Origin: a virus | Taxonomy: Duplodnaviria; Caudoviricetes | IMG/VR virus record: IMGVR_UViG_3300020045_002604 | Span: 1 to 61,521 of that record | DNA: 61,521 bases | Strand: one strand, 5' to 3' | In this document: positions 35,749-44,964 of the stretch, piece after piece | Layout: each line of letters starts with the position of its first letter | Position numbering within the stretch: position 1 is the first letter of the stretch | The notes under the pieces: generated by a model | Seen by the model: only the letters and a program-made list of their open reading frames with translations | Told to the model about the DNA's origin: nothing | The model's database searches: none | Translations under genes and position numbers: made by a program

Positions 35749-36717
35749 TTAATTACGGCGGGCCTTTGTCATGATAGTCAGTACCACGCCCAGACCGATA
35801 ACCAGGATCGCTACCCAGATGGGTCCAAGGTTAGGGTTGCCACCAGTCTCAGCCAAGCGTGCGGTTGTGGGTGTGACGACGGCCTCGGGTGCAACAACGG
35901 GCGGTTCAACCACGACTACCGGGCACTCGTCAACGGTTGCGGGACGCTCATCGATGAGCTCTTCAACAAGATCGTCAATGGACACCCACTCAAGAAGTCC
36001 CTCGTCCCAGACTGTACGCAACGAAGTGGTCTTGACGCTCGTCGTGATCACGGTGCTCGTTTCACAGTCGATGTACTGTGACGACGTACCGCTGATCTTG
36101 ATAGGCGGCTGAGGGTACGTGATGATTGGGCACTCGACAGCATCGTGGTACACAGTCTCATACACGGCAGGAACCTCAGGTACACCAGGTAGGGACACCT
36201 GATCGATGACAACGATTTCCTCAGTGACTTCAGGGTGGTAGATGATTTCAGTCACAGCCTCGTGGTAGATGACCTCGGTCACAACCTCAAGGTAGAACCA
36301 GTCACCCTTGCCATGCCCACCGTGTGAGCGCCAGTAGGCACCCTCGACACCGACGTTGTGCGGGTCACCCTTGACGTTGGCCTGCCAGTCGTGACTCGGG
36401 AACGCGGGCGGCTCGGCAGAGTGATGAGGCCCGCCTGTCCATGAGTAGCGTTGCCAGTAGTCGAACACGACTTCCTCGTACGCTTCCTCGATGATCACGG
36501 TTTCCTCGTACGCCTCGGTCACGACGACAGTCTCAACGTGCGAGACTTCCGGTACCTCGGGGACAGCAGGAATGGCTGGGGTGACCAACACTTCCTCACT
36601 CCATGCCTCTGACGGTACGCAGACCTCAACAGTTGCAGACGCGGTTGCCGTACCAACCGCAACACTCCCCGCCGCGATTAGCAATACAGCCGCCACGCTT
36701 GCAGTGAATTTACGCAT
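35749..36717 (-). CDS. Secreted sortase-anchored surface protein (LAETG)
   Basis: Signal peptide ...TATASA; Val/Glu/Pro repeats; LAETG + TM helix + KARRN. Confidence 0.85.
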   Translation of the reverse strand: MRKFTASVAAVLLIAAGSVAVGTATASATVEVCVPSEAWSEEVLVTPAIPAVPEVPEVSHVETVVVTEAYEETVIIEEAYEEVVFDYWQRYSWTGGPHHSAEPPAFPSHDWQANVKGDPHNVGVEGAYWRSHGGHGKGDWFYLEVVTEVIYHEAVTEIIYHPEVTEEIVVIDQVSLPGVPEVPAVYETVYHDAVECPIITYPQPPIKISGTSSQYIDCETSTVITTSVKTTSLRTVWDEGLLEWVSIDDLVEELIDERPATVDECPVVVVEPPVVAPEAVVTPTTARLAETGGNPNLGPIWVAILVIGLGVVLTIMTKARRN

Positions 36718-36863
36718 TAAATTTCCTCTTTCTTAGGGTCGGTGTTGTGCGACCACCCGTACTCGTGTGACGCGTGATTCACGCAGCGGTCCTCACCGTG
36801 CGGCGGGCTGTACGCGACCCAGTACCCGCCTACCCCGCAGACGGCGCACGTCTGGCCGCTCAT
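36717..36863 (-). CDS. Small Cys/His protein
   Basis: CAVC...CVNH; coupled both sides. Confidence 0.5.
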   Translation of the reverse strand: MSGQTCAVCGVGGYWVAYSPPHGEDRCVNHASHEYGWSHNTDPKKEEI

Positions 36864-37177
36864 GTTCCCTCTCCCTTCGGGGTAACGGGCAACCACGGAC
36901 CAGCGGGGCGACGACGACGCAGGCCCGTGTCGGTGGGAGAGTCCGCAACCCACTCCTCGGCCATGCGGAGGCTGTGCGCGGGGGTGAACTCGCTGTGCGC
37001 GCTGTCCACTTCGTACTCGACGCCGTACTCCCATTCGGTGTCTGGTTCGGTGGGACGGTGAGCATCCGCCCCGACAAGGTAGCCGAGGATGAAATGTCGT
37101 CGCGCCGTGTACATCTCCGCGTACCCGTGTTCATCAGCGACGAGCCCGGCCTGCTCCACCTGTTCACGGGTACTCAT
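36860..37177 (-). CDS. Hypothetical protein
   Basis: EWEYGV...RRRRPAGPW; ATGA overlaps. Confidence 0.65.
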   Translation of the reverse strand: MSTREQVEQAGLVADEHGYAEMYTARRHFILGYLVGADAHRPTEPDTEWEYGVEYEVDSAHSEFTPAHSLRMAEEWVADSPTDTGLRRRRPAGPWLPVTPKGEGT

Positions 37178-37365
37178 GCGGCACCCACCAAGGACACGAT
37201 GCCAACGGCGATCAGCCACCCCGCCGAACCGAAGACGGCAACCGCCACCAGGATGATGCCCAGCGAGATGAACACTGCGTCCCACCCAACCTTGATGCCG
37301 ATCAGGATGAACATGGTCACGAACACCAGGGCAACGATGCCGATGCCTGCGATCAGCGCGATCAT
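37174..37365 (-). CDS. Small two-TM membrane protein
   Basis: Almost entirely hydrophobic. Confidence 0.7.
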   Translation of the reverse strand: MIALIAGIGIVALVFVTMFILIGIKVGWDAVFISLGIILVAVAVFGSAGWLIAVGIVSLVGAA

Positions 37366-37730
37366 GCGGGCACAACCTTCCCCGGCTCCCAGTAGGTGAT
37401 GTGCTCGGCGGTGTGCCAGTATTTCCCGTTGTCCAGACGTGCGGCCCAGAGACCGTCGTCATCGCGAACAGCGAACGGCACATTCTTGACGCCTCGGATG
37501 GTCGCGTTCACGATCACCGAACCCGGCTCGGTCGGCAGAGGCGCGGGCGGATACTCCGGGGACCACTCCTCTGGGTCGAAACTGTTGATACGCGAAGACC
37601 CCTCAACGCGGAAGTCCACCCAGGTGAAGGGTCTCTCGCCGCGTTCCGGCTCCTTCGTCACTTCTCCGTGGAGGACGGATTCCCCGTTGCGGATCACACA
37701 CCGCCCCACACGCCACACGTTCTCAGCCAT
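37362..37730 (-). CDS. Hypothetical protein
   Basis: LPTEPGS motif; coupled. Confidence 0.65.
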   Translation of the reverse strand: MAENVWRVGRCVIRNGESVLHGEVTKEPERGERPFTWVDFRVEGSSRINSFDPEEWSPEYPPAPLPTEPGSVIVNATIRGVKNVPFAVRDDDGLWAARLDNGKYWHTAEHITYWEPGKVVPA

Positions 37731-37986
37731 TATCTTTCAACCTTTCCTCTGTCGTTCGGCCACCCCAGATACCCTTTTCCTCTGCGGCGGTTGCATACTC
37801 ATCACATAGTTCGATGTGCTTGCACCCCGCACACAGGCGTCGGGCGACCTCCTGGGGGATGGGACGGTTCGCCCAATTCTCAGTATACATGTCCGGGTCT
37901 TCGATACACGGCTGTGTACCATCCAACGCGAACAGCAACTTGAGATACTTGCGGCCAACCTCTGGATCTTCGTTCTCAAAGATCAT
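37723..37986 (-). CDS. WhiB-family transcription factor
   Basis: C...ARRLCAGC.....C..YA......GIWGG. Confidence 0.88.
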   Translation of the reverse strand: MIFENEDPEVGRKYLKLLFALDGTQPCIEDPDMYTENWANRPIPQEVARRLCAGCKHIELCDEYATAAEEKGIWGGRTTEERLKDNG

Positions 37987-38231
37987 TCGAGCAGGTCCGA
38001 AATTCGGTTAAGCAGAATCCGCGCGTCCCCCGCGTACTCTTCCTCACTGTCATACGTGGAGCTGTTGAAGTCCTTGATCAGCGTATCGATAGCGATCAGG
38101 GCTTCAAGAGCTTCCGTTTTCGCGCGGTCCAGCATGAAAGCGTCGGGCGTGATATCTACGCCCTTCGATTTCTGTAGCATCGACCACTCGTTGTACTCTT
38201 TTAGGAATTCAATTTGGTTGTCGTAGCTCAT
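37983..38231 (-). CDS. Hypothetical protein
   Basis: Coupled ORF. Confidence 0.65.
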   Translation of the reverse strand: MSYDNQIEFLKEYNEWSMLQKSKGVDITPDAFMLDRAKTEALEALIAIDTLIKDFNSSTYDSEEEYAGDARILLNRISDLLE

Positions 38232-38236
38232 GATGC

Positions 38237-38560
38237 TTACGACTTGCCGGGGTTACGGATAGACCACAGACGCGTGTCCAGGTTCTCATAGAACTGTGAG
38301 TACGCCTCGGCGAACCCATCGTATTCGATCCGGTCGCAGAAGGTGTTGTTAACCGCCTCGTTGTAGCGACGACGACGCCCACCCTGCACCACGATAGCGC
38401 CCAGATACAGGGTAAACAGTGTCAAGAAAACGGACAGCCAGGGAGTTGCGGAAAAAAGCATAAGCGTCAACTGGAAGAACGCCAGGGCGCCGTAAACTAC
38501 AGTCCAGCCCGTGTCACCCCTGGTCCAGCGGTCGTACTCTACAGTCGTTGTCGTTGTCAT
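38237..38560 (-). CDS. Membrane protein
   Basis: Two TM helices. Confidence 0.65.
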   Translation of the reverse strand: MTTTTTVEYDRWTRGDTGWTVVYGALAFFQLTLMLFSATPWLSVFLTLFTLYLGAIVVQGGRRRRYNEAVNNTFCDRIEYDGFAEAYSQFYENLDTRLWSIRNPGKS

Positions 38561-39924
38561 TTCTTAAGGCTCCTGTTCATTTTGATTGCTCGTTCAACCA
38601 GCGCACTTAGCTGGCCGTCGTCGTAGGTGTCTAGCGCTACGATATCGATACTGATTACTGTCTTGGTCTGCCCACGTCGGTGAAGTCGTCGGAATGCCTG
38701 CTCGTTGAGCATCATGTTGTCACTACGACTCAGCCACACCATAATGTGTGCTCTGTGCTGTAGACCGTCCACACCCTCACCGATAGATGCAATCGTCGCT
38801 ACGATGTAGTCGATGCCCTTGTCGTTCTCGAAAGCGTCCAAGATTTCGTGACGCTCGCTCTCGCTTACGCCACCCGTCCAAGACACCGCGCGGTACCCGT
38901 CAAGAACCATCCTCGCCGCTACAATGTTAGCGTACCTTGCACTGTCTGTCAAGATCAGCATCGGCTCGGTCGGATGATCCCCGATGAACCCCATGAGTGC
39001 TTCGTACTTTGAGGACTTCATGTCGAGCGGAAAGTCCACTCGGTCGTCGGTAGGATCGTAGGACAACTCACCCAGGCTAGCCTGCCGCAAACGGATGCGC
39101 TTCACGATAGGCATGGTGATTACCAACGGGTTCTCACCGAACCATGCGATCATCGTTCGCTCGATCTGATCGTAGACCTTGCGCTCTTTAGGACTTAGAA
39201 CTACCTCGATGCGATCCTCGATGGGTTCACCAAAGTCTTTTTCCAAGCGGACATAGCACGGCAAGACGTTTACGAAGGCGCCGGGCTCTTTCTCGCCTGT
39301 GATCTGGGTGCCTGCGAAGAAGTCCTCCGTAAGTTCACACCAATCACTGGCCCATGCCCAGAACGAACCGTGGCCCTCCATCTTAGGCCAAAGCCACTGG
39401 TGAATAGCATACATGCCAGAGAATTTGTTGCCCGCTGGCGTAGCGGACAGGGCCATGCGGTACTTGGCTTTCATACGCTTCATGTTACGAAAGCCTTGTG
39501 ACTTGTGGTTTGCCCAGCGCTGGCATTCGTCATACGCCATGAAGTCCACCTTGTCCACGACCTTTACCAGTCGCTCGGAGACATTCTTCGTCTGGAAGTA
39601 TTCCCTTCCGAAGATATACCAGCCAGCCTTAAGGCTTAAAAGGTCTTCCATCGCGCGCTTGCCAGCCACCAGGCTGTTGACGAACTTGACTTGTGCATCC
39701 GGGTACTGTCGGAGGATCGTGGATCGCCAGGAGTATTTCGTGTGCAACGGCGCGACGATGATCTTAACACCGTCCGCACCTGCTACCTGCTCAGCGACCT
39801 CAACAGTCACGACTGTCTTCCCTGTGCCGTACTGACTTGCGTTCAGCGCCGCCCGCGTAGGCTCGTTGACCATACGTTTGACTGCTTCCCGCTGTTCGGC
39901 GTCTAGCTCAATCCTTGGCTTCAC
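38557..39924 (-). CDS. SF2 (SNF2-like) DNA helicase
   Basis: GTGKT, DECQ, LSATP, GEGVDGLQ, QAFRRLHRRGQ. Confidence 0.9.
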   Translation of the reverse strand: MKPRIELDAEQREAVKRMVNEPTRAALNASQYGTGKTVVTVEVAEQVAGADGVKIIVAPLHTKYSWRSTILRQYPDAQVKFVNSLVAGKRAMEDLLSLKAGWYIFGREYFQTKNVSERLVKVVDKVDFMAYDECQRWANHKSQGFRNMKRMKAKYRMALSATPAGNKFSGMYAIHQWLWPKMEGHGSFWAWASDWCELTEDFFAGTQITGEKEPGAFVNVLPCYVRLEKDFGEPIEDRIEVVLSPKERKVYDQIERTMIAWFGENPLVITMPIVKRIRLRQASLGELSYDPTDDRVDFPLDMKSSKYEALMGFIGDHPTEPMLILTDSARYANIVAARMVLDGYRAVSWTGGVSESERHEILDAFENDKGIDYIVATIASIGEGVDGLQHRAHIMVWLSRSDNMMLNEQAFRRLHRRGQTKTVISIDIVALDTYDDGQLSALVERAIKMNRSLKK

Positions 39925-40183
39925 TGTAGTACGTCCTAATCATAAACTCACAGGCGTCACGAATGGCTTCCAGCCGCTCGCGGGAACTGTTGTAATTGTC
40001 CGTATCATGGAGGGAGGTCCAGCGAATGGTAGAACTACCGTCATAGATAGCCATGTTGGTATGGCCCAAACGAGTTTTGTGGAACCAAACCCTTCGAGGT
40101 ACGGCCTCCACAATCGACTCGTACGTATCAAAGTTTTTCAGGTACGGGAAGATGTTTTCATCTTCGATATCATCCGGGGCCAT
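39908..40183 (-). CDS. Hypothetical protein
   Basis: RBS GGAGG. Confidence 0.65.
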   Translation of the reverse strand: MAPDDIEDENIFPYLKNFDTYESIVEAVPRRVWFHKTRLGHTNMAIYDGSSTIRWTSLHDTDNYNSSRERLEAIRDACEFMIRTYYSEAKD

Positions 40184-40255
40184 ATGTTACCTCCAATCTG
40201 GAAAATTTTTTCGTCTATCGCGCGTGTATGGAAATCTTAACAAAGATAATATAGC

Positions 40256-40480
40256 TTACTCATCAATGATCTTCCAATCAATGGCGGTCACGATGAGTTG
40301 GTACTTTCCATGCGCGCCCCCGTACCGCCTGTTGTTGAGGGTGACCACCGATCTAGCAGAACCCACCTTAGCATAGGGGCCGCCAGTGATCGACTTAATC
40401 TCACCGTCAACCACCCAACCGACAGCGAACAGCATATCGTCCTTTGCGCTTGGCGACTGACGCGGCGAACCGTATCCCAT
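40256..40480 (-). CDS. Hypothetical protein
   Basis: RBS AGGAG; GPY...ARS motif. Confidence 0.65.
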   Translation of the reverse strand: MGYGSPRQSPSAKDDMLFAVGWVVDGEIKSITGGPYAKVGSARSVVTLNNRRYGGAHGKYQLIVTAIDWKIIDE

Positions 40481-40573
40481 AACTTAACTCCTAAATGTCT
40501 GTGTTTGACTCGTTGGACTAACAAAATAACAAAACGGGGTACGGATTCGTCCGCACCCCGCCTTGCTACTTGG

Positions 40574-40984
40574 TTACTGTTCGCCACCCTCGTAATCGAA
40601 CTCGGGAAGCAGGTTCTCGGGCTTGATCAGCACGCGGTGGTGGTAGACACTCACGTCGATGGTGTCCAACTGCTGAATCGTCACCACGTCGTTATCGCCC
40701 TTGATCACAAAGTGCTTCACGTACTCGTTGGGGCCGATCTTGCAGGTGACCTCAAGCGCGCCAGCCAGGAACGAGTCAGCGGACTCAAGCGAGCACCGCC
40801 CCTCCACCTGCAAGGCCACAGCGTCACCGAAACCGGTGGTGACTGTGATACGCCGGTTGACCTCGAACTGCTCAGCGGCAGTCGAGATGTTCCGAGATGC
40901 CGTGTCGGCATCCGTCGTACACCCGGTGAGTGCGGTCACTGCCAGGCCGACGCCCACGAGCGCCGCGATAATCTTACGCTTCAT
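40574..40984 (-). CDS. Lipoprotein
   Basis: Lipobox LTGC after hydrophobic signal. Confidence 0.8.
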   Translation of the reverse strand: MKRKIIAALVGVGLAVTALTGCTTDADTASRNISTAAEQFEVNRRITVTTGFGDAVALQVEGRCSLESADSFLAGALEVTCKIGPNEYVKHFVIKGDNDVVTIQQLDTIDVSVYHHRVLIKPENLLPEFDYEGGEQ

Positions 40985-41032
40985 ATTTGAATCCTTAATT
41001 CTGGTGTGTTGTGAGTGGTGTGTTGGTGGTGG

Positions 41033-41566
41033 TTAGAACGCCAGGTCAGGCTCGATCAGTTCACGGATGAGTTCGTGCAGGTTGGCCTCAGCACCCGTAC
41101 CGGCGAACTCGTCACGGCGATCCCACGGCAGGAACTCGAAGCCCTCCACAGCAAGCTCCCAAGCGTGCTCAGGCCCGCGGTGCTCCCCGCTGGGGGAGGT
41201 CCATCCGCCGTCCTCTTCCAATACCCACGGCTTGTCGTTCAGCCACGTACCGTCCGCGACAGCCTGGTTGTACTCGTCGGTACCGCGCACCCGCTCCGCC
41301 GCGAGATACCGGAATCGGTCCTCGTACTCGCCCGGCTCTGTCGGAAGTGCGTCCTCAGCCGAAACCTCGACCTCGAACGACAGCGAACCATCGTTGCCTG
41401 CCTGAACAGCCTCGAAGGGCACCACCGGGCAGAACGGGTCGAACGGGTGGTAGGTCACCAGGGTACCATCGGCATCCTCGTTCAGCCAGAACGTCTTGGT
41501 GTGGGTGCTACCGTCCGTGTCGGTTGCCGTTGCACGGATGCGGTCGCCACGCTTGAAATCAGTCAT
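41033..41566 (-). CDS. Hypothetical protein
   Basis: FKRGDRIR; LPTEPG motif. Confidence 0.65.
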   Translation of the reverse strand: MTDFKRGDRIRATATDTDGSTHTKTFWLNEDADGTLVTYHPFDPFCPVVPFEAVQAGNDGSLSFEVEVSAEDALPTEPGEYEDRFRYLAAERVRGTDEYNQAVADGTWLNDKPWVLEEDGGWTSPSGEHRGPEHAWELAVEGFEFLPWDRRDEFAGTGAEANLHELIRELIEPDLAF

Positions 41567-41602
41567 GTTGTTTCTCTTTTCTTTGGGTGGTTGGGTGGTT
41601 TT

Positions 41603-42523
41603 TCAGTCTTCAAAAAGGACAGAAGAATTCTCGACTTCTTCATCCGCAGGGAAGTACCCAGCGAACGCGCCGTTGACCTCACGGCGGTGACGCTTGCGCT
41701 CATCCGGGGGTGAGTCTCCGAAACCGCCAGGACCGCCGTTGCCGCCCGAGCCGATGGGCTCGGCTTCACCATCGCCCTCGGTCAAACCGTCAGCGATTGT
41801 CTCACTGAACTCACCAGCGACCTCGGCGGCGGCCTCCATAGCCTCTGCTATACCCTTTAGCGCTTCGATCATCTGACTCATGTCAGCGGGCGAACCATCC
41901 TCGCCAAGCTGTGCGGCCTCGGCCTCACCCGGCTGTGCCATAGTGCCCTCAGACTTATCCGAAAGCGACTCAAGCGTAGCAGAGTTCCCGCTGTTCCGCA
42001 AGTACGCGAAGACGTGCTTGAGTGCGTCCATCTGATGGCGCTTGCCCTCGGTCCAGAGGTTGTTGTCCTTGAGCCACTGGTCAGGGATCAACTCTTTCTG
42101 GTCGGGGTACTGCCAGACGACACTCTCTTCGCCCCACAGCATGTGGATACCGCCCTCGATGTACTGAGGTTCGCGGTCGGCGCCCTTGATGTTGCGTTCT
42201 TTCCACTTCTCCGAAATGACCGTCAGGTTGGGGCCGATTTCTGAACCCTTAAAAAATTCCTTGAAGCCGTAACGACCGTCAGGAATCTGGTGAAGGTAGA
42301 TCAGTTCGGGCTTAGCCGTGGGGTCCAGCGTGTCGATACGCACACACGCCACACCCGTCGTACCGCCTGGGTCCATGCCGATGATGTAAGCGTACGGGTC
42401 GATCACAGGCTCGGCGTACTCGATTTTCTCCCACCACCGGTCCTCAAGTTCGAACTCCTGAGTCTGTAGTGCTTCCCACTCCTCGTCCGTGTAGTCGAGG
42501 ATGCTCTTTCGCGCCTCACTCAT
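41603..42523 (-). CDS. RuvC-like Holliday junction resolvase with acidic C-terminal extension
   Basis: IIGMDPGGTTG, VISE, HQMDALKH; start MSEARK after RBS GGAG. Confidence 0.75.
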   Translation of the reverse strand: MSEARKSILDYTDEEWEALQTQEFELEDRWWEKIEYAEPVIDPYAYIIGMDPGGTTGVACVRIDTLDPTAKPELIYLHQIPDGRYGFKEFFKGSEIGPNLTVISEKWKERNIKGADREPQYIEGGIHMLWGEESVVWQYPDQKELIPDQWLKDNNLWTEGKRHQMDALKHVFAYLRNSGNSATLESLSDKSEGTMAQPGEAEAAQLGEDGSPADMSQMIEALKGIAEAMEAAAEVAGEFSETIADGLTEGDGEAEPIGSGGNGGPGGFGDSPPDERKRHRREVNGAFAGYFPADEEVENSSVLFED

Positions 42524-42752
42524 ATTTAATCTCCGTTTCCGCCCAGAACCCGTTAGGGTCGTAAGTAAAAATTGTTGTCGGCTTGTCGGCCACCTTGTGA
42601 TTAGCCGCCGCCTTAGCGGCACTTAAGGTTGTGTACCGTCTGTAGTAGTGTACGTCGTCAGGATGCCACCGGGCAGTAAACCTCACAGCGTACGGATAAA
42701 CTTCGACGGGGCTAAGGTCTTCAAGTCTAGCCGTGCCCGCGCCCCTAGCCAT
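42516..42752 (-). CDS. Hypothetical protein
   Basis: Coupled ORF. Confidence 0.6.
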   Translation of the reverse strand: MARGAGTARLEDLSPVEVYPYAVRFTARWHPDDVHYYRRYTTLSAAKAAANHKVADKPTTIFTYDPNGFWAETEIKYE

Positions 42753-42940
42753 TACCGGTACTTCTTCGCCTGGCTGTACTTGCGCTTGATCTGTGGTGCG
42801 CCACCGGCCAGCACCAAGCGCTGGTACGCCTCGCCGTAACGAGTCTCGTTCGCCGCGCCCTGCTTGCCCGTCAGTTGAGCCTGCATGGCCTTGCTAGCCG
42901 CCGCGAAATCCCGGCGAGCCGCCTCAAGTTCCTCAGTCAT
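42752..42940 (-). CDS. Hypothetical protein
   Basis: RBS AGGAG; YQRLV..G...QIKRKY. Confidence 0.65.
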   Translation of the reverse strand: MTEELEAARRDFAAASKAMQAQLTGKQGAANETRYGEAYQRLVLAGGAPQIKRKYSQAKKYR

Positions 42941-42959
42941 TTTTCTTAACTCCTAAAGT

Positions 42960-43136
42960 TTAGTCTTCGTAACCGATTTCGTCTTCGATACGGTCGAGGG
43001 TGTAGGTCGTCAGCACGGCGATCTTGAACACGGCGTCAGGCTGGTTCGTGTCGATCTTGTCGGCTTCGGCATTCGCGGCCTTGAGAATGTTCAGTACCGC
43101 TTCGATCTTCGCGTGATCGGTCTTGGTTGCGCTCAT
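42960..43136 (-). CDS. Hypothetical 58-aa protein (not in ORF track)
   Basis: MSATKTDHAKIE...GYED; RBS GGAGGA. Confidence 0.6.
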   Translation of the reverse strand: MSATKTDHAKIEAVLNILKAANAEADKIDTNQPDAVFKIAVLTTYTLDRIEDEIGYED

Positions 43137-43138
43137 GT

Positions 43139-43312
43139 TCAGTCCTCCTGCTTGTATTCTGCTGGGATAAGTTCTTTGTTCAGTAGCCCGTGGTACTCCG
43201 TTGGGTGCCCGTAGGTGAAGTGGCTCAGGATCGCGTCAAGTGGACGCTCTTCCGCCCAATCCACAACAAACAACGTCGGGCACCAAGGACACTGCTCTCG
43301 GCTAATTTTCAT
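43139..43312 (-). CDS. Hypothetical 57-aa protein (not in ORF track)
   Basis: CPWC...H....H possible Zn finger. Confidence 0.5.
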   Translation of the reverse strand: MKISREQCPWCPTLFVVDWAEERPLDAILSHFTYGHPTEYHGLLNKELIPAEYKQED

Positions 43313-43346
43313 AATTAAAACACGTCCTTCGGATCGTACTGGTCGA

Positions 43347-43562
43347 TTAGATATCGTACCGGTCGATTAGATGCAGTGTGTACTGCAAGCGAATGACAAG
43401 TTCTTCACACTCGTCGCGACTCATTTTAAGAGTTACACCCCGACCACTTTCGCGCACAGACAGATCAACCTTACCGGTTTGCTCGTAGTAGTTGATCTGG
43501 TAGAAGTGCTCTCGGTACTTCCGATTAGCTACGTTGACACGTTCCCCCGTGACGCCAGCCAT
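43347..43562 (-). CDS. Hypothetical protein
   Basis: Coupled (TAATG). Confidence 0.6.
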   Translation of the reverse strand: MAGVTGERVNVANRKYREHFYQINYYEQTGKVDLSVRESGRGVTLKMSRDECEELVIRLQYTLHLIDRYDI

Positions 43563-44440
43563 TACCTACCACCACCGACCACGAACGGCTCGTCGTTCCA
43601 CGTCCGTCCATCCTCGATCAGCTTGGTAAGCTGAACCTCAAGCTTGTCGAACGCGGCGTTCAACTTACCCGTGTCGTTCTGCTCGCTGTACCGGTCACCG
43701 TACGGCATGTAGCCGCCGATGTACACGTACACACCGTCCTCAGGCTGGGGCACATACTTCATCATCTTGTTGTCGAACGGCGCAGACGTGCCATACCCGT
43801 ACTCCCACGTCTTGCTCTGCTCCATGATCAGGAACTCGATACGGCGAAGCCAGTCCGGGTGCATGACCACAGCCAAGTCGTTCAGGTTGAACGGGTCTTG
43901 GAACTGCTTGATCACGGTGCTGATGTACGCCACCGTGCTGTCATCCTGCCCAACGATCTGGCAACGCACACCCTGAGTCTCAAGCCAGTCCACCAGGCGA
44001 AGCAGACGCTTCTGCTTGACAATCTGGTACTCAGGCGACGTGTAGTGCACGAACGAGGTCAGGACGTTGATCGTGCAAAAGATGTTCTTGGGGTTGCCCA
44101 TCACAGCGTTGCCGAAGTGCTCAGGCTCACCCATGAGGTACTTGTCCACGTCCAGGAAGTCACCGGTCACGTCGAACATCACGTCCTTACCGGGCGACTC
44201 GATGCGTTCGATGCGGTCGTCGTTAACGTCGAACGCGCGGATGCTCTCCGGGTTGTTCTCAAAGACGTTCATCGCGGCGGCAAGGTTCTCGAACGTGTGA
44301 AAGTCCGACCCGTGGTTCTCGTCGCTGGACTTGCCGTTCTTCGGCTTCCAATTCAGGGCGCGGGCGACACGGAACACGTCGAACACGCTGTCGAACTCGG
44401 CGGAAAGCTTACCGTTTTTAAGTTCTGTAATTCGAGTCAT
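43562..44440 (-). CDS. VWA-like partner of AAA+ ATPase
   Basis: DVTGDFLDVDKYLMGEPE, LVDWLETQG, HPDWLRRI, GYG; near MoxR-type ATPase. Confidence 0.65.
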   Translation of the reverse strand: MTRITELKNGKLSAEFDSVFDVFRVARALNWKPKNGKSSDENHGSDFHTFENLAAAMNVFENNPESIRAFDVNDDRIERIESPGKDVMFDVTGDFLDVDKYLMGEPEHFGNAVMGNPKNIFCTINVLTSFVHYTSPEYQIVKQKRLLRLVDWLETQGVRCQIVGQDDSTVAYISTVIKQFQDPFNLNDLAVVMHPDWLRRIEFLIMEQSKTWEYGYGTSAPFDNKMMKYVPQPEDGVYVYIGGYMPYGDRYSEQNDTGKLNAAFDKLEVQLTKLIEDGRTWNDEPFVVGGGR

Positions 44441-44622
44441 TTGTAAACCTCCAAGAGTTCGATTTCATCTTCCTTGAACGACACGTCCAAGCCGTCGTCC
44501 AGTCGCACCCACACCGAGCGGCTACCATCCCGCCAAGGGACGTACTGTTCGATAGTCACGATTTCATTGTACAGACTTGAGTGCACATTCGCAACTCGTC
44601 CCTTACCGTATGGCATGGTCAC
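44437..44622 (-). CDS. Hypothetical protein
   Basis: Coupled ORF. Confidence 0.6.
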   Translation of the reverse strand: MTMPYGKGRVANVHSSLYNEIVTIEQYVPWRDGSRSVWVRLDDGLDVSFKEDEIELLEVYK

Positions 44623-44936
44623 TCCCCCTTAGTTTTTTGGTTCTCTCGTTTTTTGGTTCGCTCGTCCAGGTCTTTGCGTACCAGCAGGAGCGCCATGATC
44701 AGCGCGTCAACCTCGGTATCCGTCAACGCTACGGACCTTCCTCTGCCGGTGTTTGCATCTTCTATATTAAGCCAGGTATCCGCGCCAGCGTAATGCGGCA
44801 TTCGACTACCCGCCGTTGAAGTCACAAAGACTTTGCTTTCGTTCCAGCGGTCCTTGGAGGGGGCCAATGCGAATCGCAACTTCGATGTGTTCGATAGCGA
44901 TCCCTTGACCCCCTCCGTGTCTGCGTCCTCTGCCAC
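44619..44936 (-). CDS. Hypothetical protein
   Basis: RBS AGGA; coupled. Confidence 0.6.
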   Translation of the reverse strand: MAEDADTEGVKGSLSNTSKLRFALAPSKDRWNESKVFVTSTAGSRMPHYAGADTWLNIEDANTGRGRSVALTDTEVDALIMALLLVRKDLDERTKKRENQKTKGE

Positions 44937-44964
44937 TGTCTTAAGTCCTAAAACTTACTTGGAC

